Positions 39,157 through 48,546 of a DNA stretch of 64,000 bases are shown here, piece by piece. The stretch is from Cyclobacteriaceae bacterium (GTDB lineage Bacteria; Bacteroidota; Bacteroidia; Cytophagales; Cyclobacteriaceae). Under the pieces are notes generated by a model. The model was not told the origin of the DNA. It was given only the letters and a program-made list of their open reading frames with translations, and did not search any database. Both the position numbers and the translations under genes were made by a program. Within the stretch, counting starts at the first letter, position 1; each line of letters opens with the position of its first letter. The stretch is taken from assembly GCA_043774805.1 (NCBI GenBank), contig JAYVTB010000151.1, forward strand, positions 7 to 64,006, read 5' to 3'.

Positions 39157-39984
39157 TCCGTGAAGAAAATCGCGCTCTTCAAATTCTTCCAGTTCAATGG
39201 TGAAATCATCGGCATCTAAAAAGGCTGGAAACTTATCGCGATAGGACTGAAGTGCATGCGCGTTTAAAGACAAGGTCTTTATTGCTTCGACACCCTCAAC
39301 AGAGAAGAATGTATCTCCCTTAGGTCCAATAAATGCCGAATGTCCATTATATTCAATGCCATTGCCATCCAGGCCTACCCTGTTCACACCAATAGCATAG
39401 CTTAGATTCTCAATCGCTCTTGCTTTTAATAATATTTCCCAGGCGGTTGATCGCACCATTGGCCAGTTGGCCACATAAACCAGCAAATCATAGGAAGGTT
39501 TCTTCAACGAAGGATTCCACCGGTTGCGGCTCCAGACAGGGAACCGTAGATCATAACAAACCAACGGGCAAATCCTCCAGCCCTTCCAATGTCCGATTAA
39601 CAGACTTTCTCCGGGTGCAAAAACCTGATTTTCTTCCGCCATGCGGAAGAGATGACGTTTATCGTACGTTTTGAAATTTCCGCCCGGTTCCATCCACAAC
39701 AATCGGTTATAAAACCGGTCGTGAACATTGGCAATAAAACTTCCTAAAATCAACGCACCGGTTTGATCTGCCATTTGCTTCATCCACTTGAAGGTGCGCA
39801 TGTTCATATGTTCAGCCAGCTTGGGTGCATTCATGGTGAACCCTGTAGTGAACATTTCGGGAAGTACGATCACGTCAGTTGACTCACCAATCCTCCATAT
39901 TTTTTCTTCAAACATGGCCAAATTGGCTACGGGATCTTCCCAATGAAGATCTGCTTGAATAATGGTGATTTTTAAGTCCTGCAT
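39148..39984 (-). CDS. Nitrilase-family amidohydrolase (omega-amidase, YafV-like); start ATG 39984
   Basis: VLPEMFTTG, YDKRHLF, VCYDLRFP (E-K-C triad), LKARAIEN. Confidence 0.9.
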   Translation of the reverse strand: MQDLKITIIQADLHWEDPVANLAMFEEKIWRIGESTDVIVLPEMFTTGFTMNAPKLAEHMNMRTFKWMKQMADQTGALILGSFIANVHDRFYNRLLWMEPGGNFKTYDKRHLFRMAEENQVFAPGESLLIGHWKGWRICPLVCYDLRFPVWSRNRWNPSLKKPSYDLLVYVANWPMVRSTAWEILLKARAIENLSYAIGVNRVGLDGNGIEYNGHSAFIGPKGDTFFSVEGVEAIKTLSLNAHALQSYRDKFPAFLDADDFTIELEEFEERDFLHGLS

Positions 39985-40055
39985 AATGACCGTGAAACGG
40001 TCTGCAAAGAAAGCAATACGAAAGCAATTATTGAACCTCCTGAAAAATAAAAGCC

Positions 40056-41201
40056 TTAAAGTTTTCGCAGAATGGCTCCGGCTTTTTCCAACGTCTCCTC
40101 CCCTTTGGCAAAGCAAAATCTCAGCAACTTGTGATCGGCTTTGTCATGATAAAATGCTGATACGGGTATGGGGGCGAGCTTTTTCTCTTTGGTCATCCAC
40201 TCGGCCATTTCATGTTCCTTTAATTCAGAGACTGAGTCATACGAGAGTAACTGAAAATAACTTCCGTAGCTCGTGATTGGCTGAAACGAAGAACCTTTAA
40301 TCTGATCCAGGAAAAAATCCCTCTTTTTCTGATAAAATGCTCCTAGCTGGAGATAATGGTCAGGGTTGGTGAGATACTCCGCTAGCGCGAGTTGCACAGG
40401 TGTGTTGACACTAAACGTAACAAATTGGTGAGCCTTTCGGATTTCGCGGGTGAGTATTTCGGGGGCAACAGTGTAGCCAACCTTCCAGCCGGTAGCGTGA
40501 AATGTTTTTCCAAAGGAAAACACGGCTACGCTTTGTGCTGATAGGGCAGGAAATTTCAGCACACTCTGATGAACTTTCTGATCGAAAATGATGCGCTCAT
40601 ATACTTCATCGCTCAGCACAATCAATCCAAATTCGAGCGCCAGTTTTTCCAACGCTAAAAGGTCTGCTTCTTCCAGCACTGATCCTGTAGGATTGTGCGG
40701 GGTGTTGATCATGATCATTTTGGTGCGTGGCGTAATCTTATCACGCACTTCCTGCCAGTTGATTGAAAAATGTGGCGGCTTTAATTTGATGTGCATTAGT
40801 GTTCCGCCATTTAAGCGAATTGAAGGATCATAGGAATCATAGGCCGGATCAAATACAATTACTTCATCGCCTGCTTTGACCAGCGCTGCAATGGTTGAAT
40901 AGATTGACTCCGTGGCGCCTGCTGTTATGATTACTTCATTTTCAGGGTCGGTTGGACGATTGAATGATTTTGTAACTACCTCTGCGATTGATTTTTTCAA
41001 TTCAGGAGCCCCTGGCATTGGAGCATACTGGTTATGCCCCGCCTTCATGTTTTTATAAATAAGTTCGATCAACTCCTGTGATACTGGAAAGTCGGGAAAC
41101 CCTTGCGAAAGATTGATAGCATTGTGTTCCAGAGCCATGCGGGACATGACTGTGAAAATAGAAGTTCCTACTTCAGGAAGGCGGGAGGTTATGTTTATCA
41201 T
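40056..41201 (-). CDS. ybdL: PLP-dependent methionine aminotransferase (YbdL-like)
   Basis: AINLSQGFPDF, NTPHNPTG, LSDEVYE, SFGKTFHATGWKVGY, LRFCFAK. Confidence 0.88.
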   Translation of the reverse strand: MINITSRLPEVGTSIFTVMSRMALEHNAINLSQGFPDFPVSQELIELIYKNMKAGHNQYAPMPGAPELKKSIAEVVTKSFNRPTDPENEVIITAGATESIYSTIAALVKAGDEVIVFDPAYDSYDPSIRLNGGTLMHIKLKPPHFSINWQEVRDKITPRTKMIMINTPHNPTGSVLEEADLLALEKLALEFGLIVLSDEVYERIIFDQKVHQSVLKFPALSAQSVAVFSFGKTFHATGWKVGYTVAPEILTREIRKAHQFVTFSVNTPVQLALAEYLTNPDHYLQLGAFYQKKRDFFLDQIKGSSFQPITSYGSYFQLLSYDSVSELKEHEMAEWMTKEKKLAPIPVSAFYHDKADHKLLRFCFAKGEETLEKAGAILRKL

Positions 41202-41206
41202 TAAAA

Positions 41207-41404
41207 TTAACTTTTATCCAAACCCGCTTGTTTCAAAATTCCATAGTAAGTTCCTTTAGGTAAATCCTTGTTACCATGTATTGGGACTACCGTTATTTTC
41301 TTAGTTACCGGATTTTCATAGATGTGATGACTTCCTTTTGAACGTTTGAACTCAAATCCATTTCTAACAAGAATAGATATTAGCTCTTTTGCCGAGTAGC
41401 TCAA
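41207..41404 (-). CDS. hicA: HicA family toxin (TTG start overlapping the hicB stop)
   Basis: L..NGF...RSKGSHHIY, TVVPIH...LPKGT..ILKQAG. Confidence 0.9.
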   Translation of the reverse strand: MSYSAKELISILVRNGFEFKRSKGSHHIYENPVTKKITVVPIHGNKDLPKGTYYGILKQAGLDKS

Positions 41405-41631
41405 GTTGTTGTGAGGTTTAACGAATATTCAAGGGTTTCACTATCGTCTGGAATTGCCTCACCTTTTTCGCGAAGGAGTTCAATATAAAGTTCAATGGCC
41501 TCTTTCGCCATGGAAATAGCTTGATCAATATTTTCTCCGTAGGTGATGCAACCCGGAAGAGCGGGCACAGTAGCCGTATAAGCTCCTTCAGGCTCCTTGG
41601 TGAGTAAAATTTTATAAGTCAAACTCTTCAT
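41401..41631 (-). CDS. hicB: HicB family antitoxin, short form
   Basis: Y.A.VPALPGCITYGE..DQA..MAKEAIELYIE. Confidence 0.9.
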   Translation of the reverse strand: MKSLTYKILLTKEPEGAYTATVPALPGCITYGENIDQAISMAKEAIELYIELLREKGEAIPDDSETLEYSLNLTTT

Positions 41632-41660
41632 GTCTTTCCCTCTAATTTATGGAATCAATA

Positions 41661-42215
41661 TTACTTTCTCAATGGAGCTAAAATACGATACTCCGTATCC
41701 ACATCCCCCTTGCTGATATCGGCAAGCTTCCCTTTCAGCATTCTTTTTTTCAAGGGAGTGAGGTAGTCGATAAACAATTTGCCTTCAATGTGATCGTATT
41801 CGTGCTGAATGATGCGTGCCTTCATCCCATCAAAGTATTCTTCCTTTAATTGCCAGTTTTCGTCAAAGTACCTCACCGTGATTTTTTCCTTACGGGAAAT
41901 ATCCTCGCGAATGTTGGGTATGCTTAAGCAACCCTCTTCGAAGTTCCATTCTGTGCCCGTTTCATCTAAAATTACCGGATTAATAAATGCCTGCTTAAAG
42001 TCCTTGAGTGTTGGTTCATCTTCCAATGTTGTACCATCCACAACAAAAAGTCGGATACTTTTACCAATCTGTGGCGCTGCCAGGCCTATGCCATGCGCGG
42101 CATACATGGTTTCATACATGTCCAGAATCAACTGTTTTAAGTCGGTGCCCTTGTTGATGTCGGTAGCCCTCTTTCTCAAAACAGCATCGCCATACACTAC
42201 AATCGGATAAATCAT
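41661..42215 (-). CDS. def: Peptide deformylase
   Basis: GIGLAAPQIG, EGCLSIP, QHEYDHIEG. Confidence 0.98.
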   Translation of the reverse strand: MIYPIVVYGDAVLRKRATDINKGTDLKQLILDMYETMYAAHGIGLAAPQIGKSIRLFVVDGTTLEDEPTLKDFKQAFINPVILDETGTEWNFEEGCLSIPNIREDISRKEKITVRYFDENWQLKEEYFDGMKARIIQHEYDHIEGKLFIDYLTPLKKRMLKGKLADISKGDVDTEYRILAPLRK

Positions 42216-42271
42216 GCTTTTCTCTAATTATATCGAACTGCAAAATTAATCAATATTCGATTTTTATCCGA

Positions 42272-42682
42272 TTAAAAGCCCTGCATGTAAGATTGGAGGA
42301 TGAGGACCGCACTTATTTTATCAACATTTCCTTTTACCTGGCGGTCTTTCTTCTTCATACCCCCTGTAATCATAGCTTTTTTAGCCATTGAACTTGTGAA
42401 CCGCTCGTCTACGGTTTGAATTGGTTTTTCAGGAAATGTTTCTTTGAAAGTCTCGATAAACTTGCGCACAGCGGGTGCCGTTTCCGAGTCCGTGTTATCC
42501 AGCCGCTTGGGTAGGCCGATAATTGCTTTTTCAACCGCTTCCTTTTGAAAATACTTGTTGAGGTAAGCTATAAGATTGGCCGTTTCTACCGTATCCAATG
42601 CCGTGGCAATGATCCGTAATGGATCAGTAACGGCAAGTCCAGTGCGCTTCATTCCGTAGTCAATTGCCAGAATTCTGCCCAT
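42272..42682 (-). CDS. ruvX: Holliday junction resolvase-like protein RuvX/YqgF
   Basis: ILAIDYG.KRTGLAV, IGLP, DERFTS, VDKISA..ILQSY. Confidence 0.93.
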   Translation of the reverse strand: MGRILAIDYGMKRTGLAVTDPLRIIATALDTVETANLIAYLNKYFQKEAVEKAIIGLPKRLDNTDSETAPAVRKFIETFKETFPEKPIQTVDERFTSSMAKKAMITGGMKKKDRQVKGNVDKISAVLILQSYMQGF

Positions 42683-42709
42683 TTAAAAAACTTGGATCAC
42701 AAAACAGGA

Positions 42710-43468
42710 TTAATTAAAGCGGGTCTTTTCATAGAATTTCTTCTTCACCACATTTTCCAGCGCCATGGCTTTCGGAAATAGTATTTCATTTTCGACCCGG
42801 GCATGTTCCTGAAGCACTCGTTCAAATGAGATCAGCTCAGAATAAATCACTTTTACATGAAGTGGCGCATCGGGGGTAAGATGATAATCTTTTGTTATCC
42901 TGCGAATTCCTTGCATTTCATCATCGTGGGCTTCATGCTCCATCGCGCATTTTTGAAGGGAATATTTCTCCATCTTATGATAAAGCTGTGAGGGGTTGTA
43001 ATGTCCCTTTTCTGCTCTCTCAAGTAGCTTTATGTACGTAAACAAGGTGTCTTCCTCTTCGTAGATGTGATGAATGAAATCTTCTGAAAAAAGTGGAAAA
43101 AGAGTCTTCAAATCCTTCTCGACAATCAGGTATTCCTGATGACTGGCCTTAAAGCTTTCGACTAGCTTGCCAATATAGGGTAGTTTATGTTTGACAAATA
43201 AAAAGTGAGTATGCTTTAAATATTCTATGATCAGATCGACCGGGTAACTGATTAAGGGAAGATCAACCTCTTTAAAATTTTCGCCAGGGAACTCCAACTC
43301 TCGCACCACTGATTCCACCATCAGTCCTTTTTCCTGGCAAACTTGCTCCAGGGTGTGTTCTGGAAATTCAAAAAACTTGATACCGAAGTAATACAATACA
43401 TGCGCTCGCAAGTTGTCCTGATCAACAAGCTCTGCAATTCTCCTGTATTTCAAGGTTTCTTTTTCCAT
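42710..43468 (-). CDS. Hemerythrin-domain Fe-S cluster repair protein-like (Ric/YtfE/ScdA family, divergent)
   Basis: LIIEYLKHTH, HIYEEE, MEHE, IRRITKDY..TPDA, EHARVENEILFPKA. Confidence 0.78.
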   Translation of the reverse strand: MEKETLKYRRIAELVDQDNLRAHVLYYFGIKFFEFPEHTLEQVCQEKGLMVESVVRELEFPGENFKEVDLPLISYPVDLIIEYLKHTHFLFVKHKLPYIGKLVESFKASHQEYLIVEKDLKTLFPLFSEDFIHHIYEEEDTLFTYIKLLERAEKGHYNPSQLYHKMEKYSLQKCAMEHEAHDDEMQGIRRITKDYHLTPDAPLHVKVIYSELISFERVLQEHARVENEILFPKAMALENVVKKKFYEKTRFN

Positions 43469-43564
43469 GAAAAGTAAATATAGTAAACCTAACTATCGAA
43501 AATCTAACCCCAACAATTAATTTGGCACTCCGTTATAGGAACTAATCTTTCTCAAAGATAAACT

Positions 43565-45190
43565 ATGGAAGAACAAAAGAATTCAAATTATCAGATCAGT
43601 TTACCGCTCATTCTGTGTATTGGCCTGGCAGCAGGTGTGTTGATTGGAGCCAGCCTTACGAGTAAAAGCGGTTCTGGCGATGTGGGTGAAGAAGTTCAGA
43701 AAGTTAGAGAAGTACTCAGCCTGATCAAAAATGAATATGTAGATACAACCAATACCGAAGTGCTCGTGGAAGATGCAATCGAACACATGCTTGGCAAACT
43801 CGACCCGCACTCTTCCTATATTTCAGCAAAAGACATTGTTGAGGCAAACGAAGACCTAAGAGGGAATTTTGAAGGCATTGGCATTGAGTTCAGCATTTTT
43901 CATGATACTCTCGTGGTCGTGAGCGCACTTAGCGGAGGTCCATCCGAAAGTGTTGGACTACAATCGGGAGACCAGATTATAAAGGTTAATGACAAAAACA
44001 TAGCTGGCATTCACTTATCTACCCGTGATGTTCAAACCCATTTAAAAGGTCCCAAAGGCACGGAAGTTAAAATCGAAGTAGTCAGAAAGAATACCACCAA
44101 GCCCATCATATTCACCATTATCCGCGATAAGATACCTCAGTTTTCTGTGGATGCTTCCTACATGATCGACCACGAGATCGGGTACATTAAAGTAAACCGG
44201 TTTGCACAAACTACTTATGCGGAAGTGAAAGAAGCTATGGCGAAATTAAAGAAGGATGGAATGAAAAAATTGATTCTTGACTTGCAGGGAAACCCGGGCG
44301 GCTATATGGATCAAGCAATCAACATCGCAGATGAGTTTCTGCCCAAAGGAGAAAAAATTGTTTTCACAAAAGGCCAGGAAGAAAAGTATGATGAAAATGC
44401 CTTCGCCACTGAGCAAGGTGACTTTGAGCGAGGTGACCTCATTGTTTTGGTAAATGAAGGCAGTGCCTCCGCGTCTGAAATTGTTGCCGGGGCCCTTCAA
44501 GACAATGACCGTGCATTGGTAGTAGGTCGAAGATCATATGGAAAGGGCCTGGTGCAACGGCCATTTGATTTGAATGACGGATCGGAGGTTCGGTTAACTA
44601 TTTCCAGGTATTATACTCCCAGTGGTCGCTCTATTCAAAAACCCTACAACAACATGGATGAGTATGAGAAAGATTTACTTCACCGCTATAAGAAAGGCGA
44701 GTTCTTCTCTGCCGATAGTATTCGATTTAATGATTCATTGAAATTTGAAACCGTGGGAGGCCGTTCTGTGTATGGCGGAGGTGGCATCATGCCTGATTAT
44801 TTTGTGCCCTTAGATACCACCGGCAACAGCCGGTATTTCAATCAACTATTTAACGCCACCATCTTACGCGAATACGCCTTGCGCTATGCCAATGAAAATA
44901 AAGAAGCATTAAAAGAAAAAGGTTACACCTCTTATCTTCAAAATTTCGAAGTCACCCAATCGATGATTAATGAAGTGGTTGAAATGGGACGCAAGGATAA
45001 AATTGAACCGGATTATAAAGACCTGATGAAGAACAAAAGGCTATTCCAGGTATATATTAAAGCTGAAGTAGCCCGTCACACGTGGAAAAATGAAAACTTC
45101 TATCCCGTCTTCAACGAAACCAACGAAGTGCTTCAACAAGCCATCAAACTGTTTGACCGCATCCCTGAATTGAACAGGAGCAAGATGTAG
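43565..45190 (+). CDS. S41 carboxy-terminal processing protease (PDZ-containing)
   Basis: LDPHSSY, F.GIGIEF, LDLQGNPGG, SASASEIVAGALQD, SYGKGLVQ, RYYTPSGRSIQ. Confidence 0.95.
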   Translation: MEEQKNSNYQISLPLILCIGLAAGVLIGASLTSKSGSGDVGEEVQKVREVLSLIKNEYVDTTNTEVLVEDAIEHMLGKLDPHSSYISAKDIVEANEDLRGNFEGIGIEFSIFHDTLVVVSALSGGPSESVGLQSGDQIIKVNDKNIAGIHLSTRDVQTHLKGPKGTEVKIEVVRKNTTKPIIFTIIRDKIPQFSVDASYMIDHEIGYIKVNRFAQTTYAEVKEAMAKLKKDGMKKLILDLQGNPGGYMDQAINIADEFLPKGEKIVFTKGQEEKYDENAFATEQGDFERGDLIVLVNEGSASASEIVAGALQDNDRALVVGRRSYGKGLVQRPFDLNDGSEVRLTISRYYTPSGRSIQKPYNNMDEYEKDLLHRYKKGEFFSADSIRFNDSLKFETVGGRSVYGGGGIMPDYFVPLDTTGNSRYFNQLFNATILREYALRYANENKEALKEKGYTSYLQNFEVTQSMINEVVEMGRKDKIEPDYKDLMKNKRLFQVYIKAEVARHTWKNENFYPVFNETNEVLQQAIKLFDRIPELNRSKM

Positions 45191-45208
45191 AACAAGTGTT
45201 TCAGAAAC

Positions 45209-45256
45209 GACCTCATCTTCCTTGTTTTTTTGACAAGCGCGATGAGGTCTTTTTTT
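45209..45256 (+). terminator. Intrinsic terminator after the S41 protease gene
   Basis: GACCTCATC...GATGAGGTC stem with an inner CTTGT/ACAAG stem, followed by a T-run. Confidence 0.75.
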
Positions 45257-45281
45257 GTACCTTCAGAGAAGATAATGATTT

Positions 45282-45677
45282 ATGAAAAAATCAAAGCTTT
45301 TTGGAGCAGCATTGGTGATAGTTTTTATTGTCGGTGGCTTTTTATTCTTAACTCATCAACAAGACATGAAAATTAAAAGCGTATTTGAAGAATATCCGTT
45401 TGTATTAAAGGAAGAAAGGATTGATGGCCTAGTTACCGAAATATTTGAGCCATCAACAGGTATAACAAATAAAAGCCCTCATGGTGCATTTCTTTTAATC
45501 AATGATTCGATTAAAAAAAGTATTTCCGTTGGATACGAGCTGAGAAATCATTCTATGCTAAATGACATTTTGGATCATGGTTTGATGATATTTAAAAAAG
45601 CAGGTAGTGACACCCTTTATCTTTACAAGGTTACTCCTAACGATAGCATGATCCAATTTATGTTTGTTTTGAGATGA
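45282..45677 (+). CDS. Hypothetical membrane-anchored protein, AT-rich; candidate orphan immunity protein
   Basis: N-terminal TM/signal segment, visibly AT-richer than neighbours, adjacent to the Rhs relic. Confidence 0.65.
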   Translation: MKKSKLFGAALVIVFIVGGFLFLTHQQDMKIKSVFEEYPFVLKEERIDGLVTEIFEPSTGITNKSPHGAFLLINDSIKKSISVGYELRNHSMLNDILDHGLMIFKKAGSDTLYLYKVTPNDSMIQFMFVLR

Positions 45678-45741
45678 GGAGAGCAATCTTTATGCAAGAA
45701 ATTGCTTAAATCGTTTGACTATATATTAATGCCGTAAGATA

Positions 45742-46009
45742 TCAGATGGTGGATTCATATCTCCAACGAGCAGCCCGACCAAATCGATGTTTACTTCGAT
45801 GATGTGAAGATGACCTGCACACCTGGCTATGTGAAACAGCACAATGAGTACTGTCCATTCGGAATACAGACAGCTAACTCGTTGACCAGAGAAAACAGCA
45901 CGGCAAATAACTTCCCTGCCAATGGGGGCACAGAGTTGAATACAGCCTCCAATATGTATGATCTGGACTTTAGAAATATGATCCTATGTTAGGAGGAATG
46001 CACCAGATA
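45742..46009 (+). pseudogene. Rhs/YD-repeat associated core fragment
   Basis: ISNEQPDQIDVYFDDVKM...QHNEYCPFGIQTANSLTREN...NGGTELN....MYDLDFRN, then after a frameshift DPMLGGMHQ. This matches the Rhs-core pattern EYYPFG...YNG.E...YD...R.YDP.LGR..Q. Confidence 0.8.
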
Positions 46010-46136
46010 TGGATGTTTTTGTTGATAAGTTGGAGCAATGAAAGAATCAGATTCCTATATATATTTCGAGAAAATAAAGTGCCAGGTGAAAACTTTATTA
46101 CTTAAGGAAACCGTACCTTTTCATTAATCATTCACT

Positions 46137-47330
46137 ATGTACTACCATCGACTAGGAAATATCCCGCATAAGCGTCACACGCAATTCAGGCAACCGGATG
46201 GCAGTTTATATAAGGAGGAATTGGTGAGTTCAGAAGGATTTTCAGGGATATATTCCAACCTCTATCACATCCATCCGCCAACAAGAATCAAAGCAATAAA
46301 AGAACCTGTAAAATACGGTCCGAAAGTAATTCAGGATTATGCCTTGCGCCAAACTCACCTTAATACCTCTAAAGTAACTTCAACAGGAGATGATTATTTA
46401 TCAGCACGTAAAGTACTTCTTGCCAATAGTGATTGTTCCATTTCCATTTGCTCTCCCTCAAAACGCAAAATGGAATACTTTTATAAAAATGCCGAGGGAG
46501 ATGAAGTCCTCTATATTCATGATGGAAGCGGTGTATTAATTTCTCAATTCGGAAAACTCATCATCCGCCAGGGAGATTATGTGGTTATTCCCCGCACGGT
46601 AATTTATAAACTAGAATTTGATGAAGGCCCATTGCGGCTGCTAATCATTGAATCCGCATCTCCCATAGAAACAGTTAAGCGATATCGAAATCAGCTTGGT
46701 CAACTCGGTGAACATGCGCCTTATTGCGAACGCGACATCCGGCCACCACAAGAACTAGTCACCGATATCAGTAAAGGTGAATTTCTGATGAAGATCAAAA
46801 AACAAGGTTATCTGCATCAGTATGTCTATGATTACAGTCCATTGGACTTAGTAGGCTGGGACGGATATTTATGGCCCTATGCATTCTCTGTACACGACTT
46901 TGAGCCCATCACGGGCCGCATTCATCAGCCTCCACCCGTACACCAAACTTTCCAGGCCCACAATTTTGTGATCTGTTCGTTTGTGCCGCGATTATTTGAT
47001 TACCATCCACAGGCTATACCGGCACCCTACAATCACAGCAACATTGATAGCGATGAAGTGTTGTACTATGCCGAAGGAAATTTTATGAGCCGAAGAGGAA
47101 TTGAGCGAGGCTCTTTCACATTGCATCCGGGTGGGTTGCCTCATGGACCTCATCCAGGAACAGTGGAAAAAAGTATTGGGGCAAAAGAAACACACGAGTT
47201 AGCGGTGATGATCGATACATTCCGTCCGCTATTTCTCACCGAAGACTCATTACCCTTTCTTGATGAGCGTTATCCAATGAGTTGGACTGACAATTCTGAC
47301 ACAGGATTTCACGAAGTGAATACTCCTTGA
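46137..47330 (+). CDS. hmgA: Homogentisate 1,2-dioxygenase
   Basis: FYKNAEGDE, GWDGYLWPY, HQPPPVH, PYNHSNIDSDEVLYY, LHPGGLPHGPHPG. Confidence 0.9.
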   Translation: MYYHRLGNIPHKRHTQFRQPDGSLYKEELVSSEGFSGIYSNLYHIHPPTRIKAIKEPVKYGPKVIQDYALRQTHLNTSKVTSTGDDYLSARKVLLANSDCSISICSPSKRKMEYFYKNAEGDEVLYIHDGSGVLISQFGKLIIRQGDYVVIPRTVIYKLEFDEGPLRLLIIESASPIETVKRYRNQLGQLGEHAPYCERDIRPPQELVTDISKGEFLMKIKKQGYLHQYVYDYSPLDLVGWDGYLWPYAFSVHDFEPITGRIHQPPPVHQTFQAHNFVICSFVPRLFDYHPQAIPAPYNHSNIDSDEVLYYAEGNFMSRRGIERGSFTLHPGGLPHGPHPGTVEKSIGAKETHELAVMIDTFRPLFLTEDSLPFLDERYPMSWTDNSDTGFHEVNTP

Positions 47331-47346
47331 GGAATAAATTAATTCT

Positions 47347-48060
47347 ATGCGCATGAAAAACATTGTTTTATTTTTCCTGATGATCCATGGTTCTTCCCTA
47401 CTTGCTCAGGATCTTTCTGGTGCCTGGCAAAGTGGTTCGGAAGAAAATCATTCCACCATGATCGTTGCCGGGAAATTTTTCTCCGTAGCCGTCTACAATT
47501 TGAAAGATAATATCTACACAAGGGCTTATGGTGGTCAGTGGCATCTCGATAAGAATCAATTTATTGAAACCCAGGAGTTCAATTCCATGAAGCCAGAATT
47601 GATTGGCGTAGAGCAATCCGCTGAAATCAAAATCCAAAAAGACAAACTGATTTTCAAGGCCAGCAATGTCACACAGGAATTTCTTCGAATTGATGACGGC
47701 AAGCCTGGTGAACTGGCTGGTGCCTGGTTGATTAGCGGTCGTATGGTAGATGGAAGCATTCAAAAGAGAACTCAAGGAGCGCGCAAAACCATGAAGATGC
47801 TTTCCGGTACGTGCTTTCAATGGATTGCTTATAACAATGAAACTAAGGAATTTTTTGGCACCGGTGGAGGCACTTTCACCACGAAAGATGGTGAGCATAC
47901 AGAAACCATAATGTTCTTCTCCAGGGACAATAGCCGCGTTGGTGCGAAATTGGAATTCGATTTCTCCTTAGCAGAAGGTGATTGGCGTCACCGCGGCAAG
48001 AGCAGCAAAGGTGAAGCCATTGATGAAATCTGGTCGAAGCGGGAAAAGATTGGCATCTAA
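47347..48060 (+). CDS. Secreted hypothetical protein with two tandem beta-rich repeats
   Basis: Signal peptide; internal repeat LSGAW...GGQW...E / LAGAW...GGGTF...E. Confidence 0.75.
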   Translation: MRMKNIVLFFLMIHGSSLLAQDLSGAWQSGSEENHSTMIVAGKFFSVAVYNLKDNIYTRAYGGQWHLDKNQFIETQEFNSMKPELIGVEQSAEIKIQKDKLIFKASNVTQEFLRIDDGKPGELAGAWLISGRMVDGSIQKRTQGARKTMKMLSGTCFQWIAYNNETKEFFGTGGGTFTTKDGEHTETIMFFSRDNSRVGAKLEFDFSLAEGDWRHRGKSSKGEAIDEIWSKREKIGI

Positions 48061-48099
48061 TTGTGGTTCCATCAGCTCAAGCTATTTCTTATTATTCCC

Positions 48100-48546
48100 A
48101 TGGATAAATATTCTCTCCCCATCCAAGTTCGCTGGTCTGACATCGATCAAAATCGACATCTTCGTCATTCTGCGTATTACGATTATGGGGCTACCGTACG
48201 CATCGCTTGTTTTTCTCAATACGGACTCACCAATATCAAATTTGAGGAGTTGCGTATTGGTCCGATTTTATTTCGTGAAGAAGCGGTATTCAAACGCGAA
48301 ATAAAATTTGAAGATCGCGTTACGGTTGATCTCATTGTCACCAAAGCTACTCCTGACTTTTCACGATGGAGTATGCGGCATCATTTCTATAAAGAAGATG
48401 GAACCCTAGCCGCAATCATTAATCTCGATGGTGCCTGGATGAATATATTGGCCAGAAAACTGGCTGTGCCTGATGAACTTATTCAAAACGTATTTAAAGA
48501 TTTTCCAAAAGCAATCGACTTTGAACTTATCCCAAAAAAAAATTAA
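48100..48546 (+). CDS. Hotdog-fold acyl-CoA thioesterase (4HBT-like); start ATG 48100
   Basis: VRWSDIDQNRHLRHSAYYD, GPILFREEAVFKREI. Confidence 0.85.
   Translation: MDKYSLPIQVRWSDIDQNRHLRHSAYYDYGATVRIACFSQYGLTNIKFEELRIGPILFREEAVFKREIKFEDRVTVDLIVTKATPDFSRWSMRHHFYKEDGTLAAIINLDGAWMNILARKLAVPDELIQNVFKDFPKAIDFELIPKKN

Noticed and set aside
39985-40116. ORF-track extension of the amidohydrolase overlapping ybdL
   Set aside because: Nitrilase homology starts at MQDLKITIIQ (39984).
41629-42232. Similar leaders AATTAGAG..AAAG(A)CATG before def and hicB
   Set aside because: They flank def rather than the TA module and are short and imperfect, so they are not convincing target-site duplications.
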